Source: Bermanella sp.
GTDB lineage: Bacteria > Pseudomonadota > Gammaproteobacteria > Pseudomonadales > Oceanobacteraceae
Direction: 5' to 3'
NCBI GenBank assembly: GCA_036960565.1
Contig: JBALXQ010000013.1
Coordinates: forward strand, 96,051 to 115,210
Length of the DNA stretch: 19,160 nucleotides
A program made the translations under genes and the position numbers. Below, piece by piece: positions 1 to 9,194 of the stretch (positions are counted from its first letter, which is position 1; every line of letters starts with the position of its first letter). Below the pieces are notes generated by a model. The model saw only the letters and a list, made by a program, of their open reading frames with translations. It did no database searches and was not told the origin of the DNA.

Positions 1-175
1 CGTATCCTGTTTTTGCAGGAGCAAAAAACGGGGTAGTGTAGGGATGAACCGTATCCTGTTTTTGCAGGAGCAAAAAACGGGGCCGTGAAGAGATGGGCGG
101 TACCCTAGAATTGCAGGAGCAAATTACGTTCAGGGATGAACGGTATCCTAGAATTGCAGGAGCAAATTCTAGGGT
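1..175. repeat. Four tandem hairpin units with a conserved GCAGGAGCA core and covarying stem arms: units starting ~1 and ~50 (33-bp conserved core plus 16-18 bp variable) and ~101 and ~144 (cctagaatt-GCAGGAGCA-aattctagg)
   Basis: Direct reading. cgtatcctgtttttgcaggagcaaaaaacgggg occurs twice, 49 bp apart. Units 3 and 4 keep the gcaggagca centre but carry different, still complementary arms. An agGGATGaacgg motif recurs in the spacers. The array is cut by the window edge. Confidence 0.6.
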
Positions 176-685
176 TTTAATGTATTCGTTAATCTAATTT
201 AAGTCATATTTGAACTAGCAACACTTCTGAGCACTTGTACCCAATTCCAGTACCTACGCCAGTAAGCCCTTCATTATTTTTCATGTAACAAGTCTCGACC
301 TAACTAATAAATAAAGAACCATTACTGTTCAGTTAATAATTTAACAGATCTTCTTCCCTCTCAATTTTTATCTAATGAATTAGCATTAGATTTCGCTGTT
401 GGCTTTAAGTGTCCCATATTGGTTTTATTTTGTATGATTAATGATCAAATTTAATAAAAAGAGCCAAGCTAATAAAAGATGGCGAGAAATGACTTGCGCC
501 TTAATCAAAGCCGACTATTTTTAAATCAAAGGCTAAGGAATAGCCCAAAGGACAATACAACAGGATGTTGTAAACAGGACGTAAAGGAAAAAAATCTAAG
601 GAGTTGGCCACGGATGGCCTGTCAGGAAGACACCTAGGGTGAGCAAAGGGAGGAGGCCAAAAGCTTCTTCCCTTTTTTTATGTAC

Positions 686-832
686 AGGATGTACGGTATG
701 AAGCGTGCACAGGGATGTGCAAAAGCTTCGATGTACAGGATGTGCAAAAGCTTCGATGTACAGGATGTGCAAAAGCTTCGATGTACAGGATGTACAGGAT
801 GTACGGTATGAAGCGATGCCAGGATGGCAAGG
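686..832. repeat. Tandem ~25-bp repeats (gatgtacaggatgtgcaaaagcttc x3 perfect plus degenerate flanking copies) within a dense array of cAGGATG motifs, next to a very AT-rich stretch (180-560)
   Basis: Three perfect consecutive copies at ~731-805. Related gtacaggatgtacgg units lie on both flanks. More GGATG cores occur at 560-575 and 611-616. The overlapping 82-aa ORF 596..844 (-) is repeat-derived and judged spurious. Confidence 0.6.
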
Positions 833-1175
833 AGCGGTATCCAATATATTTCTAAACCTAATTAAAGTTTAACGGCTTACTTCTATGTGTTTTATAGTAA
901 GCGCGGCTATATAATTAGGTTCTCTTGACCTGCCCAGTTAGACCCCCCATGTGATTATGTATTTATCCAAGCGCTCAATCTTACTTGCAACATCATTCCC
1001 TATCTTACATAGAAATTGATGATAGCTAATTGGCAGCTCTTTCGCTTCTGAAGGCAGTGCGGTAAGGTGGCTCATATTTTCTAAGTAGATTGGTACTTTT
1101 TGACTTAATTTGTCTACTTGGTATGCCACTGTAAAAAGGAATTACACTGTGTTTGCAATATTATTAACGGAGGGC

Positions 1176-1841
1176 ATGAATCCGTTTTATCAAAATATAT
1201 CCTCTTTCCCCACTGTATTTTTTACCTTCTTCTTAGCACTGACTACCTTGTATTGGCTGGTGGCCGTTCTTGGTTTGATTTCCATCGATATTCTAGATTT
1301 TGATCTTCCTTATATTGAAGGGGCTGATTTAGACATGAGTAACGCATCCGATTTAACCAACGCCAACGCACTGGCAGGGCTCATGTTACGTTTTGGCTTG
1401 AACGGCGTGCCAGTCACAATAATTATTTCCCTGATTTCACTTTTTGGCTGGATATTAAGCTATTACGCTGTTTATTTTTTATTCAGTTTCATCCCTGATG
1501 GATTACTTCAATATATTGCAGGTGTTCCCGTTTTGTTTTTGTCACTTTACTTGGCAGCCATGATGACTGCATTAGTGATAAAACCACTTCGCCCGCTATT
1601 TAAAAAAGCACATCAAGAAACTGAAAAATATGTGTTAGGCCAGGTGGCTGTGGTGAGGACATCACGTGTAGATGAAACATTTGGCGAAGCAGTAATGGCT
1701 GATGGTGGCGCGGGTTTAATTTTAAAAGTAAGAAGCAGTAGCGACAGTCATTTTAAAAAGGGTGATAAGGTCGTGCTTTTTGAATATGTAAAAGAAACCA
1801 ATGTTTATCGCGTTATCTCAGAACAAGAGTTCAACGCGTAA
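1176..1841 (+). CDS. NfeD-like / YqiJ-like (DUF1449-type) inner-membrane protein with C-terminal OB-fold, partner of the downstream flotillin
   Basis: Several hydrophobic TM segments in the N-terminal two-thirds. The C-terminal soluble beta-rich tail (VLGQVAVV...KGDKVVLFEYVKETNVYRV) is typical of NfeD OB-fold. It sits directly upstream of an SPFH protein, as NfeD/YqiJ genes do. The ORF track starts at a TTG (1110). ATG 1176 is preceded by GGAGGG and gives a ~221-aa product. The start is uncertain. Confidence 0.6.
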   Translation: MNPFYQNISSFPTVFFTFFLALTTLYWLVAVLGLISIDILDFDLPYIEGADLDMSNASDLTNANALAGLMLRFGLNGVPVTIIISLISLFGWILSYYAVYFLFSFIPDGLLQYIAGVPVLFLSLYLAAMMTALVIKPLRPLFKKAHQETEKYVLGQVAVVRTSRVDETFGEAVMADGGAGLILKVRSSSDSHFKKGDKVVLFEYVKETNVYRVISEQEFNA

Positions 1842-1903
1842 AGTTCTTAATAATCTAATAACTCAAATCTAACTATTAATATCTTGGAAATGGAATAACC
1901 ACT

Positions 1904-3787
1904 ATGGCCGATCTTTCAGTACTTATGCCTATCATCATGGGCGTTGGACTTATTTTTGTTTTACTTATGGGAGTGGCATCACTCTTTAAATCTTTTTATA
2001 TAAAGGTAGATCAAGGCACAGCGTTAATTGTCAATGATATGAGTCATTCGCCTAAGGTTCATTTCACGGGTGCTTTGGTTTACCCCATTATAAATAAAAA
2101 AGAATTAATGAAAGTATCACTTATTACCTTGGAAGTTGACCGTCGTGGAAAAGACGGGCTTATTTGTGCTGATAATATGCGTGCCGACATCACTGTAGCC
2201 TTTTATTTACGCGTGAATGAAACCACCGAAGACGTTCTAAAAGTGGCTAAGTCAATCGGTGCTGATAGAGCGTCCGATAAAGATGCTGTAAATCAGTTAT
2301 TTAATGCCAAATTTTCAGAAGCCTTAAAAACCGTCGGTAAGCAAATTGAATTTGTTAATCTGTTTGAAAACCGTCAGGAATTTCGCGAGAAAATCATTGA
2401 AGTGATTGGCGATGACCTAAACGGTTACATACTTGAAGATGTTGCCATTGATTACCTAGAGCAAACTCCTAAATCATCTTTGGACCCTACAAATATCCTA
2501 GATGCTGAGGGTATTCGTAAAATCACCGAATTAACCGCTAAGCAAAATGTTCAAACCAACGATTTAGAACGTGACGAAGAATTGGCCATTAAGAAAAAGA
2601 ACGTTGAAACAGTAGAAGCGATGTTAGAGCTAGAGCGTCAGCAATCAGATGCCGAAGCCAAGCAAGAGCGTGAAATTGCAACGATTCGTGCACGTGAAGA
2701 AGCCGAAACTAAAAAGGTACAGGAAGAAGAACGCCTTAAAGCTGAAGGTACCACGATTCAAGTTAATCAGGACCTTGCGGTACAAACTGAAAATCAACAG
2801 CGTGAAATTGAAGTAGCTGAGCAAAATCGTCAACGTGCAGTGGCCATCGAGCAAGAAAAAGTAACTCGTGCTCGTGATTTAGAAATTGTTTCTCGTGAAC
2901 GAGAAGTAGACCTTCAAAGAATAGAAGCTGAAAAAGCCATTGAAATTGAGAAAAAAGAAATTGCGAATGTAATTCGTGAACGAGTGGTGGTCGATAAAAC
3001 CGTTGCGGTTGAAGAAGAGCGTATTAAAGAAGTGCGTGAAATTTCTGAAGCCGATCGAGATAAACAAACAAAAGTTCTCGCAGCCGAAGCTAAAGCCGAA
3101 GAAGAAAAGATTAAACAAGTGAAGGCGGCAGAAGCTGAAGAAATTTCAGCCAAACATAAAGCCATAGAAATCACCACATTGGCCCAGGCTGACTTAGAAG
3201 CCGTGGCTAAAGAAGCGGATGCTAAGAAAAAAATGGCTGAAGGCGTTCAAGCCGAGCGTGCTGCACCCGGTCTTGCCGATGCGAAAGTTCAGGAAGCGCG
3301 TGCTGATGCTCTTGAAAAAGAAGGTTATGCAGAAGCGAACGTTATTAAAGCTAAGGGAGACGCTGAAGCTGATGCCTTGTTAGGTACTGGCCGAGCTGCT
3401 GCAGAAGTGACTCGTGAGCAATTTAAAGCCGAAGCCGATGGCCTTGTTGATAAATTTGATGCCATGAACAACATGAGCGATCAAGCCCGTGACCACGAAG
3501 AGTATCGTATGGGTCTTGAAGTGGCATTGAAAGAAGCACTGGCCACCATTGAAGCTGGTAAAGAAATATCTAAAGAAAATGCTTCTGTTCTGGCGACCGC
3601 GCTTCAGAAAGCCAAAATTGATATTGTTGGTGGTGAAGAGCACTTCTTCGATAACTTTGCCAAGTCACTGTCTATCGGTAAAGCCGTAGATGGTTTAGCA
3701 CAGAAAAGTAGTGTGATATCAGGATTGATTAATAAGGTGGTGCAGCCTGCTGCAAAAACGACCAGTGATGAAAACGTGAAAGCCTAA
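1904..3787 (+). CDS. Flotillin-like SPFH/band-7 family membrane protein (YqiK-like) with long E/A/K-rich coiled-coil region
   Basis: N-terminal TM helix (LSVLMPIIMGVGLIFVLLMGVASLF). The SPFH core (VDQGTALIV...ITLEVDRRGKDGLICADNMRADITVAFYLRV) is followed by a ~280-aa EA-rich flotillin-type coiled coil. It is paired with the NfeD-like gene upstream. Confidence 0.8.
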   Translation: MADLSVLMPIIMGVGLIFVLLMGVASLFKSFYIKVDQGTALIVNDMSHSPKVHFTGALVYPIINKKELMKVSLITLEVDRRGKDGLICADNMRADITVAFYLRVNETTEDVLKVAKSIGADRASDKDAVNQLFNAKFSEALKTVGKQIEFVNLFENRQEFREKIIEVIGDDLNGYILEDVAIDYLEQTPKSSLDPTNILDAEGIRKITELTAKQNVQTNDLERDEELAIKKKNVETVEAMLELERQQSDAEAKQEREIATIRAREEAETKKVQEEERLKAEGTTIQVNQDLAVQTENQQREIEVAEQNRQRAVAIEQEKVTRARDLEIVSREREVDLQRIEAEKAIEIEKKEIANVIRERVVVDKTVAVEEERIKEVREISEADRDKQTKVLAAEAKAEEEKIKQVKAAEAEEISAKHKAIEITTLAQADLEAVAKEADAKKKMAEGVQAERAAPGLADAKVQEARADALEKEGYAEANVIKAKGDAEADALLGTGRAAAEVTREQFKAEADGLVDKFDAMNNMSDQARDHEEYRMGLEVALKEALATIEAGKEISKENASVLATALQKAKIDIVGGEEHFFDNFAKSLSIGKAVDGLAQKSSVISGLINKVVQPAAKTTSDENVKA

Positions 3788-3810
3788 ATAACGTTAGTTT
3801 TAGGATTTAC

Positions 3811-3840
3811 AAAGGGCGCTTAGCGCCCTTTATTTCATTC
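3811..3840 (+). terminator. Rho-independent terminator or attenuator after the flotillin gene
   Basis: Stem aaagggcgc / gcgcccttt with loop tta (3811-3831), followed by tatttcattc. It lies only ~25 bp before the ATG of the giant ORF. Confidence 0.55.
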
Positions 3841-3863
3841 AACTGGCTAAAAAGGATGCTGAC

Positions 3864-6800
3864 ATGGCACAGCCTAATGAACCTTCTGCTGCTGATAATC
3901 TTGTAGATGAAGCCGTTGCACAAGGAGGGGCTTATGAAATTATTCGTAAGCGCCTTGTGGAGCAGGGAAAGCAGTTAAACAGCGAAACCTCTCAATTAAA
4001 CCAAGCAAGACTTAAAGAATTTGGTGCCACGGATATTGATGTGGTGGCTCGGGTGCGAGTGCGCACAGAAAATAACTGCATTGCCCGAGATATTGTTCAG
4101 GTAGGCGAGCATCTATTATTTGGCTATAACGTTTTTATAGGCTTAAAAAAAGAAACTAAAATAGAAGATGTTTTTGCTCTGTTTGATGTAGTTGAGACAG
4201 ACGGCAACTTTGAAATGAAGCCTGTTTCTATGGCGGGTTCTTTTTTATCACAAAGTGGTTTTGTAAATGATTTTGAAGAACTGTACCGCTATTACAAACA
4301 TACCAAGCTTGTTCAGCTCACGATTAAAGGTGGCCGTTTATTGGCGGGCTTTCAAATTGGTGAACGTCTAGAAGATATTCGTGTTTTCCGCTGGTCTATT
4401 TCAGCAGACGGCAAAGATATTCAATATATTGATAACCGTGGCGAACGAGACATTCAGTTACCGCCTGCTTATGATTTTGAGTGGATAGAAACACATCGCG
4501 ATCACCGCATTAATGGTCGCCACCCTCACGTTAATATTCTAGATAAAATATTTGTAGAGACCATTAATGGCGATCTAACCATTAAGGTGGAAAACAATAC
4601 CGAGGATGGCTTTGGCATATACCGAGAGCCAGTAGAAGATAAATCTCAATCACTAGATGATGCAAAAATAAGTTATGCCCAGGTAGGCAGTCTTATATTA
4701 TTAAAAATACTGCCTTATCGCGAAGAGCAGTGGCGTTATCTTATTTTTAATACGACTACTCAAGACGTATTACGAGTGGATGCCATTGGTCAGTCTTGTG
4801 TTCAGTTGCCAGAAGATCACGGTATTATTTTCCCCGGTGGATACTACTTACAAAGCGGTGAATACAAGTCTTTTGATGGTGAAGAAAACAGCCTTACCTT
4901 TAAAAGGGCCATCAAGTCTCCAAATGGCGAAGATGTATTATTTGTATTTTACGACCCAGAAGAAGGTTCAGTAGGGTTATTCTTTTACAACCTAATTAAT
5001 AAAGAATTACAAAACCCTATATATGGGCACGGTTATGCCTTAGCTGAAGATGGCCGACTGGTTATTTTCTCAGCCGAAAACGAACCCACCCGCATTCATC
5101 CTATGCAAATCTGGTCAACACCTTATGTTAGCGATGAATACGCCAGTCAAATCCCAGCTAGCCAAACTTTCTTAGGGAAAATTGGTAATGCTGAATTGGT
5201 TCGCGGGGTATCGGATTTATACAGTGTTTACCGAATGCTGGAAAAACAAGATGTATCTTCTCGTTTATATGAGGAAATCAGCAAGTCGGCCAAAAAAATA
5301 TTTGATGATCACTATTGGATAGAAAGTAGCGACACCCAAGCGATATTTGATGCGTTAAAAAATATTGCTGCTACCTCAGAGCTTGTAATTGATGAATTTG
5401 AAAAAGTTCAGAGTATTCGTCAGCAGTCTGTTAAAGCATTATCGGATGCTCAAAAACAGCAACAATCAATTATTCAAGAAGTGCGCCCAGACAATTGGCA
5501 AACGGCAGAAGAATTTGTAGATGCGCTAGGAAAAATCCGTCGCCAGCGTGGCCATTTAATTACCATTAAAGAATACCGGTATATTGATGTCACCAAAATT
5601 GAGTCTTTAAATACCGATCTTACTAAGATTGAAGACTCGTTAAGTCGACAAACTGTATCCTTTTTATCAGATGAGAAAGCCATAGAGCCCTACCTTGATA
5701 AAATAGACAATATCAATAGAGAAATTGAGCAAGCCCAAACCATTGCCGTGCTTAACCCACTAATTGAAATAGTGGAAAGTACGGCATCTGGTTTAGATTT
5801 ATTGTCAGAATTAATGGGTTCGTTAAAAGTACAGGATCCTACGGTTCGCACTAAAATAATAGATGCTATTTCTCAAGTTTATTCTAAGCTGAATCAAACC
5901 AAAGCCCGTGCCAAGCACAAGCAAAAAGGTTTAGGCTCGGAAGAGGCCATTGCCCAGTTTGGTGCTCAGTTTAAACTGTTCTCGCAAAGTATTACCAACG
6001 CACTAGGCTTGGCCATCACGCCAGATAAATGTGATGAACAGCTATCTAGGTTGCTGGTGCAACTAGAAGAGTTAGAAAGCCAATTCAGTGATTTTGATCA
6101 GTTCATTGCCGACATTTTAGATAAGCGTGAAGAGATCTATGAATCCTTTGAAAGCCACAAACAAAGGCTGTTAGACGAGCAACAACGTAAAGCGCAGTCG
6201 GTGTTTGATGCCTCAAGTCGAATTTTGTCTAGCATAGAAAAGCGTTCACTTAAATTTAGTGAAAGTGATGAGCTAAATACCTACTTTGCCTCCGATTCAC
6301 TGGTCATGAAAATTCGTGAGCAAGCGGATGTATTGCGTGGCCTTGGCAGTGAAGTAAAAGCCGATGATATAGATGCGCGCTTTAAAGCCATTAAAGAACA
6401 AGCGATACGCTCCCTAAGGGATAAAAGCGATATCTATGAAGCCGGCGGCAGTATTATTAAACTGGGTTCACGGCATAAGTTTTCGGTCAATACTCAAGAA
6501 CTTGATTTAACGATCTTGCCAAAAAATGGCGAGCTGAATGTCCATTTAACGGGCACCAATTATTTTGAAGCCATTACCAAACCCCAGTTATTGGCATTAA
6601 AAGATTATTGGGAAATGTCTTCTGAATCTGAAACCCCTCAGGTCTATCGTTCAGAATATTTGGCATTTTTAATATTGCAGTCAGCGCGCTCTGGAGATTT
6701 TGGTCTTTCATTGGAACTATTGAATAATGCAATAGCCGATACAGATCAGCTTAATAAGCTAGTGCAAGAATTCGCGGCACCGCGCTACAAAGAAGGTTAT

Positions 6801-9158
6801 GAAAAAGGCGTTCATGATCACGATGCACAATTAATATTAAGCGCACTGGTGCCAGCCATAACACGGGCAGAAGAACTAAGTTTTGATCCCTTATGCCGTG
6901 CCGTCGCGCAAGTTTTTTGGGCTAACATTAAAGGCAAAGAAACGGGGCGCAAAACACTTAATGATAAACCTAGCGAGGGGTTATCTTATAGTACTTGGGC
7001 AGAGCGCGCTCAATCGGCCAAACAAATGCAATCGGTATTCTCAAGCACCGATGCGCTTAATTTGCTGGCTAAAGAGATTGAAGACGCTATCACGCAGTTT
7101 TTAGCCATTAACCCGATAGATGTCACGCCGTTGGATATTAAACGTGCTGCTGACTATTTGGTGGCTGAATTGTCTCGTGAACGTTTAGAATTTATATCCA
7201 GCAAATACGCCACTGAATTGGTTGAGGAGTTAAAGCGCTCTTTAGATGAAAGCTCTTGGCGTCAGTACCAAGGCGCGTTAAAAAAGATGTTGGGCTTTCC
7301 GGCTCAGCGTTGGAATTTAACCCGTGCTTGGTTAGAAGCATTAATACGAGACAAAAAGTTAGATCACCTGGCTCGTTATATTCCTGAAGCCATTGCATTA
7401 ATTAATGCCGATGAACGTATCTCTAGGCGCGCTACTCAAGCAGATCTTGAGTTAAATATTGAAGGTTTATTGGGAGATCACCGCACCATAGAAAGCCAAA
7501 AGCTATCGTTTGCTATAGATGCGTTTTTACAGCGACTAGAACACCATCAGCAAGTGGTAGTACCAGCTTATCAAGAATACTTAAAAGTAAGGCAAGACAT
7601 TATTGCAACCGAGCGAGCAGACTTAAAGCTGGAGTCCTTTAAGGCGCGGCCATTAAGTTCGTTTGTTAGAAACAGGCTGATTAACGAATCTTACCTGCCG
7701 CTCATTGGCGATAACTTTGCCAAGCAGATGGGCACAGTGGGGGATAATAAGCGTACCGACCTCATGGGTTTGTTAATGATGATCTCACCGCCTGGTTACG
7801 GTAAAACCACGCTCATGGAATATGTGGCCAGTAAGCTGGGTTTAATTTTTATGAAGATCAACTGTCCCTCTCTTGGGCACGATGTGTTGTCTCTTGATCC
7901 AGCACAAGCGCCTAATGCCACCGCTCGCCAAGAGTTAGAAAAACTCAACCTAGCGCTTGAGATGGGTGAGAATGTGATGTTGTATCTTGATGATATTCAG
8001 CACACCCATGCTGAGTTTTTACAAAAGTTTATTTCCTTGTGTGATGGTACTCGCCGTGTGGAAGGTGTGTGGAAGGGCGAACCCAAAACATACGACATGC
8101 GCGGCAAGAAGTTTAGCGTGGTCATGGCCGGTAACCCTTATACCGAATCGGGTGAAGCCTTTAAAATCCCCGACATGCTCGCCAACCGTGCAGACATTTA
8201 TAACCTAGGCGACATCCTTGGCGGAATGGATGAACAGTTTGCCTTAAGCTATATCGAAAACTCACTCACCTCCAACCAAGTGCTGGCGCCTCTCGCCACG
8301 CGTGAAACCAGCGATGTATACAAGTTAATTAGTTTGGCGCAAGGCGCAAACGTAGCGGCGACAGATTTAAAACACCAATACAGTGGTGCCGAAATTAATG
8401 AGATCACTCAAATATTTAAAAAAATGTTTGTGATTCAAGATGTGGTTCTGAAAATTAACATGCAATACATTGCCTCAGCCGGGCAAGATGATAAATACCG
8501 TACCGAGCCTTCGTTTAAATTACAGGGCAGTTATCGCAACATGAACAAGATGACCGAAAAAATTTCATCGGTTATGAATCATGATGAGTTAATGCAAATG
8601 ATCAATGATCATTACATTGGTGAAGCTCAGTTGCTTACAGCAGGGGCCGAGGGCAACCTGTTAAAACTTGCCGAACTGCGAGGCAATTTAACCCAAGAGC
8701 AAGACCTGCGCTGGAAACAGATTAAAAAGGACTTTTTAAGAAACAAAACCATGGGCGGTGATGACGCCGATGTAGGCGCTAAAGTAGTGGTGCAATTGGC
8801 TGACCTAGCCGAAGGCATGAAAAATATCAGTAATGCCGCACTTATGGCCGCTAAACAAAATGCCATTAAAAAGCCTGATGTTAACCAAGCACTGTCTAAT
8901 ACGTTAGAGCAGGGCATGGATAAACTATTAAAGGTGATTAAAGACAATAAACCTAATGTGGAAGTGGTTAATCAGCCGGTGCCGGGTATTGGAAAAATAT
9001 TAACGGTTTTGGCCGACACCATAGAACACAGTATTTTCCCTATTGTAAAAAGTATGGATAAAAAGCTCGATATCGATCTTAAAACTCATGAAAAAATGAA
9101 AGAAATTTCTGAGCAATTAAGAAACCTAGAAATAGATGCGGCCATTAAAAAACTATGA
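3864..9158 (+). CDS. Giant (1764-aa) uncharacterized protein: long N-terminal non-ATPase region and coiled-coil middle, with one AAA+ (AAA_5-like) ATPase module near the C-terminus
   Basis: Uninterrupted ORF with an AAGGA RBS 7 nt upstream. Walker A is MISPPGYGKTTLMEYV (~nt 7785-7812). Walker B is VMLYLDDIQH (~nt 7981-8001), DD rather than DE. A sensor-like VVMAGNPYTE...ANRADIY motif follows. No other recognisable catalytic motifs are seen by eye. Confidence 0.75.
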   Translation: MAQPNEPSAADNLVDEAVAQGGAYEIIRKRLVEQGKQLNSETSQLNQARLKEFGATDIDVVARVRVRTENNCIARDIVQVGEHLLFGYNVFIGLKKETKIEDVFALFDVVETDGNFEMKPVSMAGSFLSQSGFVNDFEELYRYYKHTKLVQLTIKGGRLLAGFQIGERLEDIRVFRWSISADGKDIQYIDNRGERDIQLPPAYDFEWIETHRDHRINGRHPHVNILDKIFVETINGDLTIKVENNTEDGFGIYREPVEDKSQSLDDAKISYAQVGSLILLKILPYREEQWRYLIFNTTTQDVLRVDAIGQSCVQLPEDHGIIFPGGYYLQSGEYKSFDGEENSLTFKRAIKSPNGEDVLFVFYDPEEGSVGLFFYNLINKELQNPIYGHGYALAEDGRLVIFSAENEPTRIHPMQIWSTPYVSDEYASQIPASQTFLGKIGNAELVRGVSDLYSVYRMLEKQDVSSRLYEEISKSAKKIFDDHYWIESSDTQAIFDALKNIAATSELVIDEFEKVQSIRQQSVKALSDAQKQQQSIIQEVRPDNWQTAEEFVDALGKIRRQRGHLITIKEYRYIDVTKIESLNTDLTKIEDSLSRQTVSFLSDEKAIEPYLDKIDNINREIEQAQTIAVLNPLIEIVESTASGLDLLSELMGSLKVQDPTVRTKIIDAISQVYSKLNQTKARAKHKQKGLGSEEAIAQFGAQFKLFSQSITNALGLAITPDKCDEQLSRLLVQLEELESQFSDFDQFIADILDKREEIYESFESHKQRLLDEQQRKAQSVFDASSRILSSIEKRSLKFSESDELNTYFASDSLVMKIREQADVLRGLGSEVKADDIDARFKAIKEQAIRSLRDKSDIYEAGGSIIKLGSRHKFSVNTQELDLTILPKNGELNVHLTGTNYFEAITKPQLLALKDYWEMSSESETPQVYRSEYLAFLILQSARSGDFGLSLELLNNAIADTDQLNKLVQEFAAPRYKEGYEKGVHDHDAQLILSALVPAITRAEELSFDPLCRAVAQVFWANIKGKETGRKTLNDKPSEGLSYSTWAERAQSAKQMQSVFSSTDALNLLAKEIEDAITQFLAINPIDVTPLDIKRAADYLVAELSRERLEFISSKYATELVEELKRSLDESSWRQYQGALKKMLGFPAQRWNLTRAWLEALIRDKKLDHLARYIPEAIALINADERISRRATQADLELNIEGLLGDHRTIESQKLSFAIDAFLQRLEHHQQVVVPAYQEYLKVRQDIIATERADLKLESFKARPLSSFVRNRLINESYLPLIGDNFAKQMGTVGDNKRTDLMGLLMMISPPGYGKTTLMEYVASKLGLIFMKINCPSLGHDVLSLDPAQAPNATARQELEKLNLALEMGENVMLYLDDIQHTHAEFLQKFISLCDGTRRVEGVWKGEPKTYDMRGKKFSVVMAGNPYTESGEAFKIPDMLANRADIYNLGDILGGMDEQFALSYIENSLTSNQVLAPLATRETSDVYKLISLAQGANVAATDLKHQYSGAEINEITQIFKKMFVIQDVVLKINMQYIASAGQDDKYRTEPSFKLQGSYRNMNKMTEKISSVMNHDELMQMINDHYIGEAQLLTAGAEGNLLKLAELRGNLTQEQDLRWKQIKKDFLRNKTMGGDDADVGAKVVVQLADLAEGMKNISNAALMAAKQNAIKKPDVNQALSNTLEQGMDKLLKVIKDNKPNVEVVNQPVPGIGKILTVLADTIEHSIFPIVKSMDKKLDIDLKTHEKMKEISEQLRNLEIDAAIKKL

Positions 9159-9194
9159 ATAAACAACTAGCCCAATACCTAGTGAGTAAAGGAT

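Noticed and set aside
1-175. Possible CRISPR array (33-bp repeat recurring every 49 bp)
   Set aside because: Only two identical repeats. The 'spacers' are 16-18 bp, far too short. The next two units have different arm sequences. No leader or cas genes are visible. Treated as a hairpin-repeat array instead.
596-844. 82-aa ORF on the minus strand
   Set aside because: It is read entirely through the 25-bp tandem repeats (giving CTSCTSKLL repeats). It has no RBS and a low-complexity product. Spurious.
938-1129. 63-aa minus-strand ORF overlapping the start of the NfeD-like gene
   Set aside because: GTG start without a recognisable RBS. It overlaps the 5' end of the + strand gene. No recognisable motif. 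Kept only as a low-probability small protein.
1110-1175. Longer TTG-initiated version of the NfeD-like gene (and the overlapping 61-aa ORF 1118..1303)
   Set aside because: TTG start with no RBS. The ATG at 1176 has GGAGGG just upstream and gives a YqiJ-sized product. Start assignment remains uncertain.
2645-3643. Four 69-87-aa antisense ORFs inside the flotillin gene
   Set aside because: Antisense of an E/A/K-rich coiled-coil coding region; they translate to F/L/S-rich low-complexity peptides. Classic shadow ORFs.
4780-8947. Short internal or antisense ORFs within the giant gene (4780..4974+, 5474..5683-, 6883..7104+, 7192..7398-, 7987..8208+, 8627..8947-)
   Set aside because: All lie within the continuous 5.3-kb ORF in other frames. 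No RBS or motif support.
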